Source: an uncultured delta proteobacterium (GTDB lineage: Bacteria > Myxococcota_A > Polyangia > Palsa-1104). From it: 64,000 nt of DNA. Within the stretch, counting starts at the first letter, position 1; the number at the start of each line of letters is the position of its first letter. The stretch lies in assembly GCA_963785725.1 (NCBI GenBank), contig CAWAWS010000017.1, forward strand, positions 96,001 to 160,000, read 5' to 3'. A program made the translations under genes and the position numbers. The notes under the pieces are model-generated. The model searched no databases and was not told the origin of the DNA. It saw nothing but the letters and a program-made list of their open reading frames with translations. Positions 21,344-32,481 of this stretch are shown piece by piece.

Positions 21344-22732
21344 TTACTTCGGGACGCGGCGCTTCAGCTTCTCGACCAGCGTCGTGCGGTTGAGACCGAG
21401 CAGCTGCGCCGCGGCGTTGCGATTGCCGCCGGTGCGCGCCAACGCTTGCTCGATGAGCGTGTCCTCGATCTGCGCCACCGTCGCACGCAGGTCGAGCCCT
21501 TCGGGCGGCAGCGACGTCGGCTTTTCGCCGCCCGCCGTCGCCGCGCTGGCGTTGCCGGCCGCGGCCTCGCCGTTGGCTTCGTCGCGCGCCTTGATGATCG
21601 CCGGCGGCAGCGCGTCGAGCTGCAGCCGCCCGCGCTTCTGAAAGATGACCATGCGCTCGACGACGTTGCCGAGCTCGCGCACGTTGCCGGGCCAGCGGTG
21701 GCGCGCGAGCGCGTCGAGGAGCTGCTGCTCGACGCCGTCGACGTTGGTGCCGTGACGCGTGTTGGAGACGGCGACGAAGTGCTCGACCAAGAGCGGAATG
21801 TCGCCCGGTCGTTCGCGCAGCGCCGGCAACTTCACGTCGATGAGGTTCAGCCGGTAATAAAGATCTTCGCGGAAGGTGCCCGCTTTGACCATCGCCGCCA
21901 AGTCGCGATGGGTGGCGCCGATGACGCGCACGTCGGCCGAGCGCAGCGTCGAATCGCCGAGCACCTCGTATTGCCGCTCTTGGATGACGCGCAACAGCTT
22001 CACTTGGAACTGCAGCGGCATGTCGCCGATCTCGTCGAGGAAGAGCGTGCCGCCCTCGGCGAGCTGGAAGCGGCCGGCGCGCGCGTGGGTGGCGCCGGTG
22101 AACGCGCCGCGCGCGTGGCCGAACAGCTCCGACTCGAGCAGCGCTTCGGGAATGGCGCCGCAGTTGACGGCGATGAACGGCCCTTCGGCGCGCTTGGAGG
22201 CGCGATGGATCGAGCGCGCCACGACCTCTTTGCCGGTGCCGCTCTCGCCCGAGATGAGCACGGTGGCGTCGGTCTCGGCGACGGCGGCGACGACGTCGAG
22301 CACCTCTTTGAACGAGTGCTCCTCGCCGACGACCGAGCCCGACGCCACTTTGTCGCGGCCGAAGGTGTCGGCCAAGAGCGCGCGCAACGTCTCGGGCGTG
22401 AACGGCTTGGTCAGGAAGTTGGCGGCGCCGGCGCGCATGAGCTCGACCGCGGCGGCGACCGTCGCGTGACCGGTGAGCACGACGACGGGCACGCGCTTCT
22501 GCACGGCCGCGGCCACGACGCTGCGGCCGCCGGCGCGCGGCATCTCGAGGTCGGTGATGACGAGCTCGGGTCGAATGCGCTCGAGCTTCTCGGCGGCGTC
22601 GAAGCCGTCGACGGCGGTCGTGACCTCGCAGTTCTCGCGAACCAAGCAGCGCTCGAGCGTGCGGCGCACGTCGGCGTCGTCTTCGACGATGAGAATCCTG
22701 CGTTTGGCTACGCCCTCGAATCCGGAGGCCAT
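21344..22732 (-). CDS. Sigma-54-dependent response regulator (REC-AAA+-Fis HTH), NtrC/FleR-like
   Basis: ILIVEDD..ITDLEMP receiver domain; GESGTGKE, GAFTGA, LFLDEIG, WPGNVREL; HTH LNRTTLVEKL. Confidence 0.95.
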   Translation of the reverse strand: MASGFEGVAKRRILIVEDDADVRRTLERCLVRENCEVTTAVDGFDAAEKLERIRPELVITDLEMPRAGGRSVVAAAVQKRVPVVVLTGHATVAAAVELMRAGAANFLTKPFTPETLRALLADTFGRDKVASGSVVGEEHSFKEVLDVVAAVAETDATVLISGESGTGKEVVARSIHRASKRAEGPFIAVNCGAIPEALLESELFGHARGAFTGATHARAGRFQLAEGGTLFLDEIGDMPLQFQVKLLRVIQERQYEVLGDSTLRSADVRVIGATHRDLAAMVKAGTFREDLYYRLNLIDVKLPALRERPGDIPLLVEHFVAVSNTRHGTNVDGVEQQLLDALARHRWPGNVRELGNVVERMVIFQKRGRLQLDALPPAIIKARDEANGEAAAGNASAATAGGEKPTSLPPEGLDLRATVAQIEDTLIEQALARTGGNRNAAAQLLGLNRTTLVEKLKRRVPK

Positions 22733-22918
22733 CCGCCGAACATCATATCTGGCAGGGCATCGCCGAACAAGAGCGCACTTGACGCTTCGGCGTTCCGACT
22801 TGCAAGTGCTGCACGTCGGTTTCCCTCGTCACGCGCCGACCGCTGAGTGGAATCGATCGAGCCCGCTCGGCGCGAAGTCGCGCTCGCTGGATCGTGGAAG
22901 CGCTGACGGGAGCTTGCG

Positions 22919-23419
22919 TTAGCGAATCGCGAGGCCGCGGCTCGGCGTCTGCGCCGGCGGCGTGTCCTCGAACATCTTGAGCGCCAACACTTTGAGCGCC
23001 GGGCCCGGATCGCGATCGGCTTCCGCCGAGCCTTGCGCCAGCATCGCGCCATCGTGATCGACGACCGTGACGGCGACGCGGTAGGACACGAACTGATAAT
23101 GCAGGTCGTTGACGATGTGGTGCCGCGAATCGTCGGGCGCATGCATCTGCGAGTCGTCGATGATCGTGCCTTTGACGGTCAGCGACACGTGCGCCATGGA
23201 GCGCGTGTCGTCGCCTTCGTACACGTCGTAGCCGCGCTTGCGCAGGCTCTCGATGAGCGCCCCGCGGCGCGCTTGCACGAGCTGCAAATCGCAGGCGCCC
23301 GAGACCTGCGCCGGCCCAACGGCGACCATCGGCAGCGTGCGCTGCGCGGTCACGGTCCAGCGCGCCGAGACACAGCCAGGCGCCAACATCGCGACCAAAG
23401 ACAACGGGAGCAATCGCAT
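22919..23419 (-). CDS. Hypothetical lipoprotein
   Basis: GGAGG RBS, hydrophobic N-terminus with APGC lipobox-like motif. Confidence 0.6.
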   Translation of the reverse strand: MRLLPLSLVAMLAPGCVSARWTVTAQRTLPMVAVGPAQVSGACDLQLVQARRGALIESLRKRGYDVYEGDDTRSMAHVSLTVKGTIIDDSQMHAPDDSRHHIVNDLHYQFVSYRVAVTVVDHDGAMLAQGSAEADRDPGPALKVLALKMFEDTPPAQTPSRGLAIR

Positions 23420-23668
23420 CTACAGAACCTCCGACGGAAACATCGACGGAGGTGAAATCGACTTGAGCGTAAACGTGCTCGAATTACACGTTCGACGCGT
23501 TTTAGGCGTGAGGCGCGAATTTGATCCTTCTTATGGGCGCGCTCTCGTCGCGCTCACATCGCGCGCTTCGTCGCATCACATCGCGCGCGCTGTGACGTTC
23601 GTCGGTCGAGCCGCCGGCGTCTGTAGGCGTTCGAGCGCCGCTGCTCCCACTTCGCGCGCGAGCTTTCG

Positions 23669-23684
23669 CGGCACGCGCTTTGCT
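23669..23684 (+). promoter_or_regulatory. Putative sigma-54 (-24/-12) promoter
   Basis: CGGCACGCGCTTTGCT: GG(23670-71)-N10-GC(23682-83), close to consensus TGGCACG-N4-TTGC. Confidence 0.7.
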
Positions 23685-23698
23685 GACGAATGGCGCGC

Positions 23699-24055
23699 AT
23701 GAGACGAAGTGAGCGCATCGTGGTCGATATCCCGGTGGTCTGGACGCGCGCCGGGCGTGCCCTCTCCTGCGTCGCGCGTGACCTCAACCTGCACGGCCTC
23801 TTCTTGTGCACCGACGAGCTCGTCGAGCCCGGCTCGCTGATGCACCTGCGCGTCGGCTTGCCCGACCGGACGATCGATCTATTTGCGACGGCCCGCTTCG
23901 TCGGTCGCACGCTCGCCGGCAACGGCATCGGCGCCGAGATCTTCATCATCGACGACGCCAGCCGCGCCTGCTGGATCGCCTACTACCAGTCGGTGTTGTC
24001 GAGGGAAGCGGGCTCGCCGATCCCCGAAGCGCCGCGCGTCATGTTCAGCCGCTGA
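23699..24055 (+). CDS. PilZ domain protein
   Basis: RRSER (RxxxR) and DLNLHG (DxSxxG-like), GIGAEI; alternative ATG at 23690. Confidence 0.75.
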   Translation: MRRSERIVVDIPVVWTRAGRALSCVARDLNLHGLFLCTDELVEPGSLMHLRVGLPDRTIDLFATARFVGRTLAGNGIGAEIFIIDDASRACWIAYYQSVLSREAGSPIPEAPRVMFSR

Positions 24056-24340
24056 TCCCTTCCGTCGCGCCCGTTTTCGCCGCTCAAACCCGCTCGGGCG
24101 CTGCCTCGTTCATCCTCGACTCCGTCTCATACATTGCTACAAGCATTCGTGTGCTGGCTTGCTGTCGGCGGCGCGTGTGTTTTGGTGCGAGCGGCGTCTC
24201 TGCCAGTGCTGCTGCCCGCAGAGCCGAGCCCGGGGTTACGCACGCTGGGCCGCGTAATTTCGGCAAATTCGGCCACTTCGTCTAGCGTCTCCGCGGAAGC
24301 GTCACTTCTCCGACGAGCGTCATGGAACCGTCGGCCTCCT

Positions 24341-24356
24341 CGTCAACCGCTTGACG
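24341..24356. promoter_or_regulatory. Palindrome CGTCAA-N4-TTGACG upstream of the sigma factor gene
   Basis: Perfect 6-bp arms; GTCA-N6-TGAC spacing resembles FleQ-type activator boxes; right arm also resembles a -35 element. Confidence 0.45.
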
Positions 24357-24406
24357 GGCCAGCTCCCGATATCGCCTAAAACCCGTATTCCCCGCTACGC
24401 AAAAGG

Positions 24407-25171
24407 TTGGCAAAAGACGTGCAATGCCTCCCTGACATGACGAACGCCGCCGCCGACCGCAAGCCCGACTACGACCAGCTTCTCGACGTCGAAGCCGCCA
24501 ACGACGTCTTCCGCTGCTCGCCTGACGATCCGATCGCCGGCATGGCCCTCGTTCGTCAGATTGCCGCGTCGGTCGCGCGCCGTCTGCCCAGCCACGTCGA
24601 CCGCGACGAGCTGGTGGGGCTCGGTACGCTCGGGTGGGCGGAAGCCCGTCAGCGCTTCGACGCCACGCGCGGCGTCCCGTTCGCCGGCTTCGCCGCCGCC
24701 CGCATCCGCGGCGCCATCCTCGACGGTCTGCGCCGCGCCGACACGCTCTCCCGCGGTGACCGCCGCCGCGCTCAGCGCGACTCGGCGCCCGCGCTGCCGC
24801 GCATCGTCTCGGATCCGGCCGAAGTGGAAGCGGCCATGGACCGCTCGTCGGACGACGGCGACGTCAGCGACGTCCTCGCGCAGCAGGAGATGGTCGACGA
24901 GCTCCGCGTGGCGATGACCAAGCTGCCCGAGCGCGAGCGTCTGGTTCTGCTCCGCCACTTCTTCGACGACGTTCCGATGCGCGTCATCGGCGCCGAGCTG
25001 GGCGTGACCGAGTCGCGCGTCAGCCAGATCGCCACCGCCGCCGTCGAGAAGCTGCGCGGCACGTTCGGAATCGCCGTCCTGCCGCGCAAGAAGACGCGCA
25101 AGACCGTCGAGAAGAAGAGCGGCAAGGTCGCCGCCGTTGCTACCGCCGTCTCGGCCTCGAAGGCCGCTTAA
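24407..25171 (+). CDS. FliA/WhiG-family (sigma-28-like) RNA polymerase sigma factor
   Basis: RLPSHVDRDEL...RFDATRGVPF..FA..RIRGAILDGLR (region 2); LPERER...IGAELGVTESRVSQI (region 4); start may be ATG 24437. Confidence 0.88.
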   Translation: MAKDVQCLPDMTNAAADRKPDYDQLLDVEAANDVFRCSPDDPIAGMALVRQIAASVARRLPSHVDRDELVGLGTLGWAEARQRFDATRGVPFAGFAAARIRGAILDGLRRADTLSRGDRRRAQRDSAPALPRIVSDPAEVEAAMDRSSDDGDVSDVLAQQEMVDELRVAMTKLPERERLVLLRHFFDDVPMRVIGAELGVTESRVSQIATAAVEKLRGTFGIAVLPRKKTRKTVEKKSGKVAAVATAVSASKAA

Positions 25172-25185
25172 GGAAAATTCGAGTG

Positions 25186-25524
25186 ATGCGCGCACATCCA
25201 CGCTGGGTCCTGCATGCCGCGGTCGACGTCGAGAGCGAGGACAACCTCTACGCCGGCCTTTCCTACGACGTGAGCGAAGGTGGAGTGTTCGTCGCCACGC
25301 TGGCTTCGCCGCCCGTCGGCACGAACGTCGACGTCAAAGTGATCTTGCCCGACGGCTCGAAGCTCGAGCTCACGGGAACGGTGCGCTGGGTGCGCGACGT
25401 GCGCCAGGCGAGCCAAGGTTTGCCGCCCGGTTGCGGCATCCAGTGGGACCATTTGCCGATGGAGGCACTGCGGGTTCTGCTCCATTTCGCCGAGCTTCGC
25501 GAACCGATCTTGTATGAAACGTGA
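25186..25524 (+). CDS. PilZ domain protein (myxobacterial TIGR02266-like)
   Basis: RAHPR, SEDNLYAGLSYDVSEGGVFVAT, G.VRWVR, PGCGIQW, REPILY. Confidence 0.85.
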   Translation: MRAHPRWVLHAAVDVESEDNLYAGLSYDVSEGGVFVATLASPPVGTNVDVKVILPDGSKLELTGTVRWVRDVRQASQGLPPGCGIQWDHLPMEALRVLLHFAELREPILYET

Positions 25525-26692
25525 GGAGACCATGAACTCGCCCGTAGAGCTCGTCGCCGCGTCGCTGACGTCGGGCGGTGTGGACGCCCACGCCGGCCTC
25601 ATCTTGTTGGTCGACGACGAGCCGCTCCTCTTGCGCGCCTATTCGCGCGTGCTGTCTTCGGCCGGCTTCCAGGTGATCACGGCCGACAGCGGCGAGGCCG
25701 CGCTCGTCAAACAGCGCGAGCATGCCTTCGATAGCGTGTTCCTCGATCTCGGTCTGCCCGGCGCCAGCGGTCTCGAGGTCGCGCACGCGATCCACGATCG
25801 CGATCCCAGGCTGCCGGTCGTGCTCATGACCGGCGCGCCGTCGCTGGAGTCGGCCATCGGCGCGGTTTCGGCCGGTGCGCGGCGCTATCTCGTCAAGCCC
25901 ATCGAGTCGCCCAATTTATTGTCGGCCGCGCGCGAAGCGGTCTCGGAGCATCAGCAGAAGGAGCGCGAGCGTAAGGAGCTGCATCTGCCCGACGGCGCGC
26001 AGCTCGATCGCGCCATCGAGCAGCTGTTCATGGTGTATCAGCCGATCGTCAGCTGGACGCGACGGCAGCTGTTCGCCTATGAAGCCTTGGTCCGTACGCG
26101 CGAGAAGTCGGTGCCGCATCCGGGCGCGTTGATCGATCTGGCACAAAAGTGCAATCGCCTCGACGAGCTGGGTCGCCGCATCCGCGCCGCCGCCGGGCCG
26201 CAAGCGCCCAACGCGCCGCTCTTGTTCGTGAACCTACATCCGGCCGATCTGCTCGACGACGATCTGTACGACGCGGCGGCGCCTTTGTCGCAGTCGGCGC
26301 GGCGCGTCGTGCTCGAAGTGACCGAGCGCGCCGGCCTCGACGCGATCGCCGACCTGCAGGAACGTTTGGGCCGGCTGCGTCGTCTTGGTTATCGCGTGGC
26401 CATCGACGACTTGGGCGAGGGCTATTCGGGTCTGACGTCGCTGGCGCGGGTGCAGCCGGAGTTCGTCAAGCTCGACATGTCGCTCGTGCGCAACGTCGAC
26501 AAATCGCAGGCGCAGCGGCAGATCGTCCGCTCGACTCTGCGGCTGTGCCGGGAATTGCGCTGCCGCGTCATCGCCGAAGGCGTCGAGACGACGGCCGAGC
26601 GCGACGCATTGGCCGACCTCGGCTGTGACCTCTTACAAGGCTATCTTTTCGCACGCCCGGCCGCAGAACTGGCGTCGCCAGTACTGCGTTAA
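25514..26692 (+). CDS. REC-EAL c-di-GMP phosphodiesterase
   Basis: LLVDDE receiver domain; YQPIV, YEALVR, LFVN, LEVTE, IDDLGEGYSGL, VKLD, IAEGVE, QGYLF. Confidence 0.92.
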   Translation: MKREETMNSPVELVAASLTSGGVDAHAGLILLVDDEPLLLRAYSRVLSSAGFQVITADSGEAALVKQREHAFDSVFLDLGLPGASGLEVAHAIHDRDPRLPVVLMTGAPSLESAIGAVSAGARRYLVKPIESPNLLSAAREAVSEHQQKERERKELHLPDGAQLDRAIEQLFMVYQPIVSWTRRQLFAYEALVRTREKSVPHPGALIDLAQKCNRLDELGRRIRAAAGPQAPNAPLLFVNLHPADLLDDDLYDAAAPLSQSARRVVLEVTERAGLDAIADLQERLGRLRRLGYRVAIDDLGEGYSGLTSLARVQPEFVKLDMSLVRNVDKSQAQRQIVRSTLRLCRELRCRVIAEGVETTAERDALADLGCDLLQGYLFARPAAELASPVLR

Positions 26693-26722
26693 CGTGGCGG
26701 GCTTGGTATCCTGTTCACGACA

Positions 26723-28237
<1,515 letters not shown>

Positions 28238-28379
28238 TCGCGCCTTCTGCCTTCGTCCTAGCGCTAACCGACTCCGTTACACGCTTAAAAGTGACAATCG
28301 CGTGCGGCATTTTGTCGCATTGCGAGCGCAAACCGTTAAGGTTAGTCGTAAATGCGGGACGAGTAGTTCCCCGATAGCC

Positions 28380-29402
28380 ATGACGCGCCCGATCGCCTTC
28401 ATTCTCGCCGCGGCCACGTTGTTGGTGGCGCTCGCCGTCGCGATCAGCGAGCGGCGCGTGTCGGCGGCGTTCGACGCGGTGCGCCAGGAGAACGAGGCGG
28501 CCTTCGACCGTCGCGCAGCGGACGCGACCGCGGCGGCCACACCGATGACGCGCGCGGCGGTGGACGAGCTCGCGGCGCAGGCGAATCGGCGCCTCGAGAC
28601 GGCGGAGCGCGAGGCCACGTCGACGCTGCGGCTGGCGCTGCTCTTCTCGGCGACGTTGACGCTGCTTCTGGGGCTCGGCCTGTCGCTGCGGCTGATTCGG
28701 CAGGCCAAGCGGCTGGCGACCGCGGCCGAACGCATCGCGCGCGGCCACCTCGACGCGGCGGTTCCGCCGTCGACGGGCGCGCTCGGGCAGCTGGCCCCGG
28801 CCGTGAAGCGCACGGCGGCGGCGCTGGCGCGGCGCGAGCGTGAGAGCGAGGCGCTGGTCGCGCTGGCGGCGCTGCCGGCGTCGATCGCCGTCGATGATGA
28901 CGCGACCGACCTGCCGGCGGCGATCGATGCGGCGCAGCTGCAGCGCCTGCTCGAAGACGTGCGCCGCACCATCGCCGGCGTGCTCGACGTGCGCGCGCTG
29001 ACGCTGGTGGCCGTCGACGGCGAGCACGTGCAGCGGCTGGGCACGTCGCAGACCGAGCGCCGCGATGTGCACTACGCGCGCGCCGGCTCGGCCGTGGCCG
29101 CGATGCTGGCGCGCGGCGACGCCATCGTCTTCGACGTCGATCGCGGCGTGCATCCCGAAGACGCTACGGCCCGTGCCGCCGGTGCGCGCGCCTATGCCGT
29201 CGTGCCGCTCGACGCGGCCGCGCCGGTGGCGCAGGGCGCGCTCGTCGTCGACCTCGGGCTGTGCGCGGTCGCGGTCGCCGAATTGCGCTTCTTGGGCCTC
29301 GTCGCGCACGAGCTGGCCGCGCGCTTGACCGCGCTGCAAGTCGCCGGCGCGGCGGTCGAAGCCCGCGCACCCAAGCTCGGCCGCACGGCGCGGAGCACGT
29401 AG
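28380..29402 (+). CDS. Membrane sensor with two TM helices, HAMP and GAF-like domain, no output domain
   Basis: Two hydrophobic helices; RLATAAERIARGHLD..LGQLA (HAMP); AYAVVPL...GALVV (GAF-like). Confidence 0.6.
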   Translation: MTRPIAFILAAATLLVALAVAISERRVSAAFDAVRQENEAAFDRRAADATAAATPMTRAAVDELAAQANRRLETAEREATSTLRLALLFSATLTLLLGLGLSLRLIRQAKRLATAAERIARGHLDAAVPPSTGALGQLAPAVKRTAAALARRERESEALVALAALPASIAVDDDATDLPAAIDAAQLQRLLEDVRRTIAGVLDVRALTLVAVDGEHVQRLGTSQTERRDVHYARAGSAVAAMLARGDAIVFDVDRGVHPEDATARAAGARAYAVVPLDAAAPVAQGALVVDLGLCAVAVAELRFLGLVAHELAARLTALQVAGAAVEARAPKLGRTARST

Positions 29403-29404
29403 CC

Positions 29405-30496
29405 TTGGCGCACATCCTCGTCGTCGACGATATGGAGCAGAACCGCGATCTGCTGCGCATTTTCCTGTCGTCCGACGGCCACGACATCACCGAAGCGGCG
29501 TCGGGCGAAGAGGCGCTCTTGCGCGCCGAGGAGTCGCTGCCGGATCTGGCGCTGCTCGACATCATGATGCCGGGGCTCAACGGCTTCGAGACGGCGGTGC
29601 GCCTGAAGCGGCTCGCCGGCGACGACTTCTTGCCGGTGCTGCTCGTGTCGTCGCTGCAAGATCCGTCGTCGCGCATCCTCGGCCTCAAGATGGGCGCCGA
29701 CGACTTCCTGTCGAAGCCGCTCGATCGCTCGGAGCTGCGCGCGCGCGTCACCAATCTACTGACGCTGCGCTCGAAGTCACGCGAGCTGCGCGCGCGCAAC
29801 CAGGAGCTGCTGGAGCTGCAGCACTTTCGCGACGAGATGTCGGCGCTGCTCGTGCACGATCTGAAGAATCCGATCAGCATCGTGCTCGCCAACGTCGAGT
29901 TCGTCGGGAAATCGCCGCGGTTGAACAGCGAGGAGCGCGAGGCGGTCGACGACGCGCGCATCGCCGGCTATCGCACGCTGCGGCTGCTGGCCAACCTGCT
30001 CGACATCACGCGCTCGGAAGCGGGACGGCTGGTGTTGCGGCGCGCGCGCTTGCCGCTGCGCGAGCTGGTGGCGCCGATCATCGAGCGCTATCAGCGGCTG
30101 GCAGGCGCGCGCAACGTCACCATGGCGCTCGAGATCGACGGCGCGATCGAGGTCGACGTCGACGCCGATCTGCTCACGCGCGTGGTCGAGAACATCCTCG
30201 ACAACAGCCTGCGCTTCACGCCGCACGACGGCCGCATCGTGCTCGGCGCGCAGGCGGTCGTCGACGGCGCCGGCACCGTCGTCTTCAGCATCGGCAACAC
30301 CGGGCCGGCCATCCCCGTCGCCGCACGCGAGCGCATCTTCGACAAGTTCGCCCAAGGCGACTCCAACTTGCGCCGCAGCAACATCGGCCTCGGGCTCTAC
30401 TTCTGCCGCCTCGTCGCCGAAGCCCACGGCGGCCGCATCCGCGTCGACGAGACCGCCGCGCTGCCGACGCTGTTCGTCCTCACGCTGCCGAGCTGA
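29405..30496 (+). CDS. Hybrid sensor kinase REC-HisKA-HATPase
   Basis: ILVVDD..LLDIMMP..GADDFLSKP; VHDLKNP; VENILDNS; GLGLYFC; TTG start assumed. Confidence 0.9.
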   Translation: MAHILVVDDMEQNRDLLRIFLSSDGHDITEAASGEEALLRAEESLPDLALLDIMMPGLNGFETAVRLKRLAGDDFLPVLLVSSLQDPSSRILGLKMGADDFLSKPLDRSELRARVTNLLTLRSKSRELRARNQELLELQHFRDEMSALLVHDLKNPISIVLANVEFVGKSPRLNSEEREAVDDARIAGYRTLRLLANLLDITRSEAGRLVLRRARLPLRELVAPIIERYQRLAGARNVTMALEIDGAIEVDVDADLLTRVVENILDNSLRFTPHDGRIVLGAQAVVDGAGTVVFSIGNTGPAIPVAARERIFDKFAQGDSNLRRSNIGLGLYFCRLVAEAHGGRIRVDETAALPTLFVLTLPS

Positions 30497-30727
30497 TCAC
30501 CAGTCGCCGGCGCCGCCGAAGTCGGGTTGGTTGGTGATGATGAGCCGATCGCCCGCGAGCACGGCGTCGCGGCCGGAGCGCAGCTTGAGTCACCTCCGGC
30601 GCCAGCCATTGCACGCGTCAGACCACGCGCAACTGCACGGCTGACGAGGATTTACGCGGCGGACGGTGTTGGCGGCGGGACGGCTGTCGGCGCGGCTGAC
30701 GACAGGTGCGGCGATCACACGCGGAGC

Positions 30728-32426
30728 TTAGGGGTGGTCGTGCAGCAGCTTCTCGGCGGTCGTAAAGCGCGGCGCGATGTCGACCGGCAGCTGCTTCAGC
30801 CGATCGAGCACGCGCTGCACCTCCGGCCGCACGACGCCCATCGTGTCGAGCAGCTTGCGCGCGCCGGCGCCGTCGCCTTGGCCTTCGAGCGTCAACAGCT
30901 TGCCCGACAGCGCGATCACCGCCTGCTTGAACTTGGCCGCGTCGACGGTGAACGCGCCGTCGACGACGCTGACGGCGCCGGCGTCGAGGAACGTGTTGAG
31001 CTGCAGCGCCGTGCCCTTGCCGTGCGCCTCGGCCACGCCGAAGCGTACGCTGCGGAACAGCTCGGCCAGATACGTCGCCGGCAGCGTGCGCGCCATCGAC
31101 TTGTCGATGACGCCCTTGTCGACGAGATATTGCAGCGCGAACAGGCCCGACACGTCGGCCTTGGCCTCCTCGATGGCGCTCGCCGACTCCTGCAGCTCCT
31201 GCCGCGGCGTCGTCTGCCGGCCGTTGACGACGATGTTGTGCGGCCCCAACCCGTGCATCAGCTCGTGCATCAAGATGTGCGTAAAGAAGGCGTCGAAGGC
31301 GACGTTCTTCTGATCGGCCGGCGTCAGCGCGATCTTGGCGATCGGCGTCAACATCACCTTGAACTTGGCCTCCTGCACGTTCTTCAACATGACGCGCTTG
31401 GTGCCCTTTTCCTTGGCGATGCGCTCGTCGTTCGGCAGGTTGTAGGCCGCCGTCTGCACGCCGTGGCTGGCATCGCCCGAGCAAAACAGCTCGTTGACGA
31501 CGACGATCGGCGCCAGCGCGCCCAGCTTCGGATTGCGCAGCTTCGGATCGATCGGCAGATGATCCTCGATGTCCTGCAGCTGCGCCGAGAACTTCTGCAG
31601 CTTCTTGCTCTCGGCGTCGTCGCGCACGGTGATGTAGGCCTCGAAGGCCGCTTTGTCGCCGAACCAATCGTCGCCGTAGGTCTCGTACGGTCCGATCGTC
31701 GGATCGACGGTCGCGTCGAGGTTCATCCAGGCGACGTCGCTCTCGTAATAGTCGTTGCTGCCAAAGGCGCGCGCCCGCGATTGCAGGAACGTCTTGAGCG
31801 TCGGCTGCGTCGTCAGCTTGGCCGCGTCGTTCAAGAGCGCCGCCGCCGCCATCAGCTCGTTCTGATATTCGACGCTATACGGCACCGTGATCAGCTTGCC
31901 GCTCGGCGCGCGACGGACGACGGTGTAAAACCCCTCCGCTTGCGCGCGCTCGGTCGGCGGCAGCGCCTTCATCCACGCGTCCACCTCGGCCTTGGTCGCG
32001 TCGGCGGGATAGAAGTCGCCCTGCGGCGGCCGCGGCGGCACGCCGGGAATGAACGGCCGATTGTGCTCCAGCTGATTCCACGGCCCTTTGTCGAGCACGA
32101 ACAGGTGCAGCCGCGCGCGTCCGAGCGGCGTCGTATCCGCCAGCAGCTGCGAGCAAGAGCGACGTGTTGCCGGACCACGCTTGCCGCAGATAGAGCGCGT
32201 CGAACCCTTGCGCCGCGCGCACCAGCTTGGCCAGCGCCGCTTGCTCGTTCGCCGGCAGCGCCGACAAATCCACCGTCAACGGCACGGGCGCGAACTGCTT
32301 GGCGAGCGCGTCGAGCTCATGCAGCGTGGCGCCGCTGGCGGCGTCTTTGGCGTCTTTGGGGTCGGGTGCTGCCGCGGCCAAACCGGTCGTACACAACACG
32401 AAGAGGGCGAGGACGAGTCGTCGCAT
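30728..32426 (-). CDS. Secreted M49-family (dipeptidyl peptidase III-like) metallopeptidase, frameshift near 32150
   Basis: Signal peptide; GPWNQL, IGPYETY.D..FG.KAAFE, AYNLPNDE, HELMHGLGP, EEAKAD; removing one base joins the two ORFs. Confidence 0.85.
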
Positions 32427-32481
32427 GGCGATTCGATAGCACGAACGGCCGGTGCCCGACATGCCGTGCTAAAATTTAGAC

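Noticed and set aside
28349..28377. Sigma-28 promoter TAAA...CCCGATAG
   Set aside because: The spacer is 17 rather than 15 nt and the element ends only 2 nt before the ATG
32437..32471. TAGCACG...CGTGCTA as a CIRCE (HrcA) operator
   Set aside because: The arms and the 21-nt spacer do not fit TTAGCACTC-N9-GAGTGCTAA; better explained by back-to-back extended -10 elements of divergent genes
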